From the NCBI RefSeq assembly GCF_009914755.1, contig NC_060927.1: DNA of 64,000 nt; one strand, written 5' to 3'. The notes under the pieces were generated by a model. It saw only the letters and a list, made by a program, of their open reading frames with translations. It was not told the DNA's origin and made no database searches. Below are positions 59,343 through 64,000 of this stretch, in pieces. Numbering within the stretch: the first letter of the stretch is position 1; each line of letters begins with the position of its first letter. This DNA is from the human T2T-CHM13v2.0 reference genome, Homo sapiens. The position numbers were made by a program, and so were the translations under genes.

Positions 59343-61877
59343 TGAACATTTTTGTCTTAAGTTCTAACCTGTTGTGTTCTACCTACCTAGGAAAACTTGC
59401 TACCTCTCAAATTTAGTATGTTTAAAGCCAGTCTCTGCTACTTTCCTATCAAAACAAAGTTTCTCAGCTTTCCTATTTTGGCCAAAGGCATTCTCCAAGT
59501 TCCCTAAGTTCAAAAATTGGCTATGAAGTATAAGAGATAGTATTCTTTCACGTCATTGCTGTCATCCTGCATTGTCATAAAAGCTTCTAAATCTTCAGTC
59601 TCTCCTTTCCAAGTCAATGTAATCATTACCAGATTGTTCCAAAGCAGTGTTTTAGCCATGTCAACCCCTTATTCAAGTGCCTACTGTGAACTCTTGACTG
59701 AGGAGACCACAAGTCTACTTTTCTAAAGAGCCTTCAGGGTACTGCACAGTCTGTCCTTTTTTTTCTCTCTCTTCTCACTTCTGACTGTCCAACAATAAAC
59801 ACTAGTAGCAATGGCAATAAACATAACTCTTAGTATGTGCCAGGTAATGTTTAAGCACTGTTTTAAGTGTTTTTCATATATTAAATTATTTAATCCTCAG
59901 ATTAAACAATAATAAATGTGTATATTGTAATACTAGTAATGTAGACATTAAATCACTTGCATGTCTAATAAAAGTAGGATTTGAGCCCAGGTCGTCTAGT
60001 TCCCAGAGTCTGTACTTTTAACTAATCTGCCATTCTGCCTTTCAGTAACACTCTTCTTTAAGTCAAGTCACTATGTTTTTTGTTTTGTTTTGTTTTAAAT
60101 GTGTCTTTTAAGATACCATTTGCCCTGTTGTAGCTCTCTTCTTCCCATATGAAAAAATATCCCCACCTTTTCCCACTGTTAACCAGAATTTCCTGTTTTT
60201 ATTGAGGTGTAATTCAAGTCTTATAAAATCTGTCATAGGTATTTCATCCCACAGCCTTTTTCCCTCTAAGTTTCTATCAGCTCTTCACACAATATTTTAA
60301 CACATTTCTTCTTGGCTTGTGTTGTTTTGTTTATAGGTTTTATTTTGCCCACAAGATTTTAAGATTAATGTTATCTGCATCTTGATGCTTTCTCAGTTCA
60401 ATTCCTCTTTCTAGACATTTGTAAAATGTTACATAAGGTTAATGATCCTGAGCCTCATCCTGATCCATTGGGCAACCCCATGCTTCTCTATCTAACCTGA
60501 CAAAGCAGTGTTTAAATCTCAGCTCTGCCTAAGTGTGACCTTAGGGTAGTTACACTTACCTATCTTTCCTCATTTCTAAACTATAGAAAAGAATATCTAC
60601 ATTGTGGAGTTGTATTGAATATTAGAGATAACATGTATAAAGCACTAGCACACAGAGATTTCTTTTTAAAAGGTCTCTATTCATGATCATCTCAAAAGCA
60701 TAATCATCTCTATTATAAGGCATGTTTTATTAGTGTCAGTATTATAAATTTGTTCAGGCTAGAAATAAGATGAATTATTGTGTTGTTCCCAGGGTTCCTT
60801 TTAGAACCTGTCTTATTGAAGACTTTTCTATTAGCAGTCTGCTATCTTCTGACAGACTGGCTATTTATAATAACAAGCCAACAGTTCCATTATTTCTTTA
60901 AACCTCTTGGTTAGGTGCCACCTGGTCTATGTAATTTAGTTGCATGTAATTTGTTTATTGGATGTAAAATACTCAGTGCATTTACCACAATTTGGGCTAA
61001 TAGCTCTGATCAGTCTCCTTAAAAAGGCAGATTGCCAATACAATTTAGAAGGCTTTATAATGTAGTTTTCAGTTTTGGTGGCTGTTTTGGATTTAGATTT
61101 GTTCACTGTGCATGCTTTGTTTCATGAATCTTTAAGTTCTTTGCTTCCATCTGACACCATGTGTTTGAGGTTGCATTTTATGAATGGGAAACTTTGCAAA
61201 TGCTTACTAAATGATTTAACATTTATTTCTGCCTCATGTGTTCTTAAAAATACCAGCTGCTGCTTAGTTGAAAATGTAATTTAATTTGACTGACACATGA
61301 GTTTTATAGTTCATAAACATGGATGTATTTTCCTTGTTTGTATTCATAAGCCTGTTAGTCCATATGTTAATGTGTTCTTTGATTTAATTTCATTTCTTTA
61401 TTTTAAAAATCGATAAAAACAACAACAAAAACCTTGGGAAAGCCTTCATACTTGCTACATTTTTGAAAACATGCATCTATTTTTTGGAGATCACACTTAT
61501 GCCTACAGAATTTCTTCCCATTTTAGTGGTTTCCTAAGGTTTCTATTTTAGGAGTTTTATTATTATGTTAACAGAGAACAGCTTTTGATATTGATATAAT
61601 TTTGTAGTGTATTTATAGAAACAAGTGCATTTTGGATGTGTGAAAGACATATTTCTCCTAAGTTGCTTGGTACAGTTTTAAAAGCCTAATGGTTAGATTT
61701 AGTTAAACATGGTGGACTGTTATAAATCCATTCATGTATATAGATGATTCTTAATAATTTGAGAGTGAGAAAGCCTCTTGAAAGATTATTACTTTGTCTC
61801 CTCTCCAGAAAAGTTTATATGTAGACAACCGCAGATTTAAGGACCCCCTGGAGACCTGTTGGGGAATTGGGATAGTA

Positions 61878-62197
61878 CAGGGGTCCCCAAGCCCCCAGCC
61901 GTGGTCCCGTACCTGTTAGGAAATGGGCCGCATGGCAGGAGGTGAGCGGTGGGCCGGCAAGCATTACTGCCTGAGCTCTGCCTCCTGTCAGATCAGTGGT
62001 GCATTAGATTCTCGTAGGAGCGTGAACCCTATTGTGAACTGTGCATGCAAGGGACCTAGGTTGCACACTTCTTACGAGAATCTAACTAATGCCTGATGAT
62101 CTGAGGTGGAACAGTTTCATTCTGAAACTATTCCCCCGGTGGAAAAGTTGTCTTCCACAAAAGTAGTGCCTGGTACCAAAAAGGTTGGGGACCCCTG
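61878..62197 (+). mobile_element. MER1B (hAT-Charlie)
   Basis: Terminal inverted repeats caggggtccccaa / ttggggacccctg; internal gcattagattctc...gtgaaccctattgtgaactg. Confidence 0.92.
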
Positions 62198-64000
62198 GGG
62201 TATGACATGTATATGTGTAAGTATAAGACACTATATAAGATCTTGAAGAAAAATATAAATAGATTAACGTAAATACTCTAAGCAGGGAGCAATTAATATA
62301 GGTACATGTGGCATAGGGGTACAGGACAGGGCAAGCTTCATGGAGATAATGGAATTTGAAGTACTGACAGGCATTCAGAAGACAAAGCCAGTTCTACACA
62401 GGGTCAAGAAAGCAACTGACCTGTTTGGCTACCCATGAGTACTGAAATTTCCTTAAGGATAATGACTTTCTGATTGATCCTCAAGTTCCACATTGTGCCT
62501 GGTATGGATACAGTTATCTTACTCATTATGTAAGCTCAGCAAACTACTTGCTGAATTCAGCCACAGTTTTTACTCGTTGTGCTTTCTGAGACCACTTTTC
62601 TCTGTGTTCTAACATGTTGCATGTTTGCCTTCACACATATTTTTATTCAGGGAAAAAAGTTAAATTATGTAATTTCAATGACTATGTGCTTTGGTTGGCT
62701 TTAAAAAGAAATTTAAAACTTAAGTTTTGTATTAGCAGGAAACAGCTTTTGATATTGGTCTAATTTTATATTTCTTAAATTGTGTCTTTGGCAACAGTTA
62801 CTTTTTGGGTGTGGAAAGAAACATTTCTCCTCAGCTCCTTGGTTAGCTTTTAGGGAAAAGTTAAAATGGTCATGAAAGCATCAGATAAACTAATAGTAAC
62901 CCCAACTGAGTATACTTTTGTTTAAATAAAAGCCAAGTGAAGTCTGTACTGCCATGGTAATATAATGCAGAAATAATAAGTTAATGTATGTAACAAATAA
63001 TCAAAGTTTATAGACTACATTCTTAAGAGATTATTTTTTTCCTCCCTTTGGAAAGTAGTGATATCTAAGGGGAAGAGGGTGTGGGGGACTGGCATTTTCT
63101 CAACATTCATAGTTGGATAACAAAATCCACCTAAAAATAAAACATGTACTCATATGCAAAAATGCTAAACTTACTTTTTTGATTATTGACCTTTCTTTGC
63201 ACAACTCTAAAACATACTTGTCACAGTTTTGTTGACTGGTGATTTCTTGCCATTCCTACAGTAGAGCAGTAAGTCCTGTGCCAACAAACAATTTATATTA
63301 TTTTAATTAGTTTTTTAAAAAATCACTTTCTGCCTGATTTTATCTCCTGTGTTTATAATGTTATAATATGAGCTATTAATTTAAGCACATTTAAAAAGTA
63401 CGTTTAATTGATTCAAGTAATATTTAATACTGGCCTACCCTGTGTCAGGCTATTTCATAGGTGCTATGGAGGCTATAAGATAAACAAAGTATTAATTTCT
63501 TGGGGCAGTCATATCTCCTACAGATTTAGTTTTTTTTAGTAATAGGATAATATTATTCTGATTTATCCACACTGTTGTCTCTTTCAGAAATCTAACTTGA
63601 ATTGGTGGGATAGTTTTAGAGAAGTCAAGAATAATGTAGAAGATAATTTTTCTCTGTGCCAAGTCAACTGACCTGACTGGGATTGAATATGTAGACCTCA
63701 TTTCTCTTACCTAGCTTTCAGATCCAGTCTGAATAATTGCACATCCTTTTTACATTTGGGAACTTGACTCTTTGGGCTTTCCCTGGCCCTTTGGAACATG
63801 ACTCAGGTTTTATTTTTATTGAATTATAGCAGAGTGTTGAATCATTATAATGCTGATAACTAAAACAGAACTAATATTAGACTTGGAAATTCTTCTAAAA
63901 AATTAATATGCCTGTTTCTTAAAAACACTTAACACTCAAACACTCTGAGACATACCATTGTGGAATGCTCATAAGGTAATGTATTTCAAGAGTTTCTTAC

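Overview
Primate, almost certainly human, genomic DNA from inside the RNF13 gene (PA-TM-RING E3 ubiquitin ligase), transcribed on the + strand. Three coding exons are present: 15277-15406 (ATG at 15293), 21782-21862 and 41288-41413. They splice in frame to residues 1-107 (signal peptide plus the N-terminal part of the PA domain). The promoter/first exon lies upstream of the window and the next exon (VLNAQRAG...) lies downstream. The rest is intron dominated by transposon relics: THE1, MSTC, MER41A and MER77-like LTR elements, nested L1s, 21 Alus (including a human-specific AluYa5), MIR/L2 and DNA transposons. Almost all ORFs in the supplied track are repeat-derived noise. I see no prokaryote-type or clearly novel multi-gene system. 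The most interesting observations are (1) two inverted THE1 elements with signs of gene conversion and a chimeric LTR, (2) an Alu-Alu unequal-crossover duplication, (3) a fully open alternative frame and an AG|GT motif at exon 2, relevant to circRNF13 translation and recursive splicing, (4) an unexplained ancient ~140-nt direct repeat near the 3' end, and (5) several template-switch or palindromic mutation scars. Repeat subfamily names come from my recall of consensus sequences and need RepeatMasker/Dfam confirmation.
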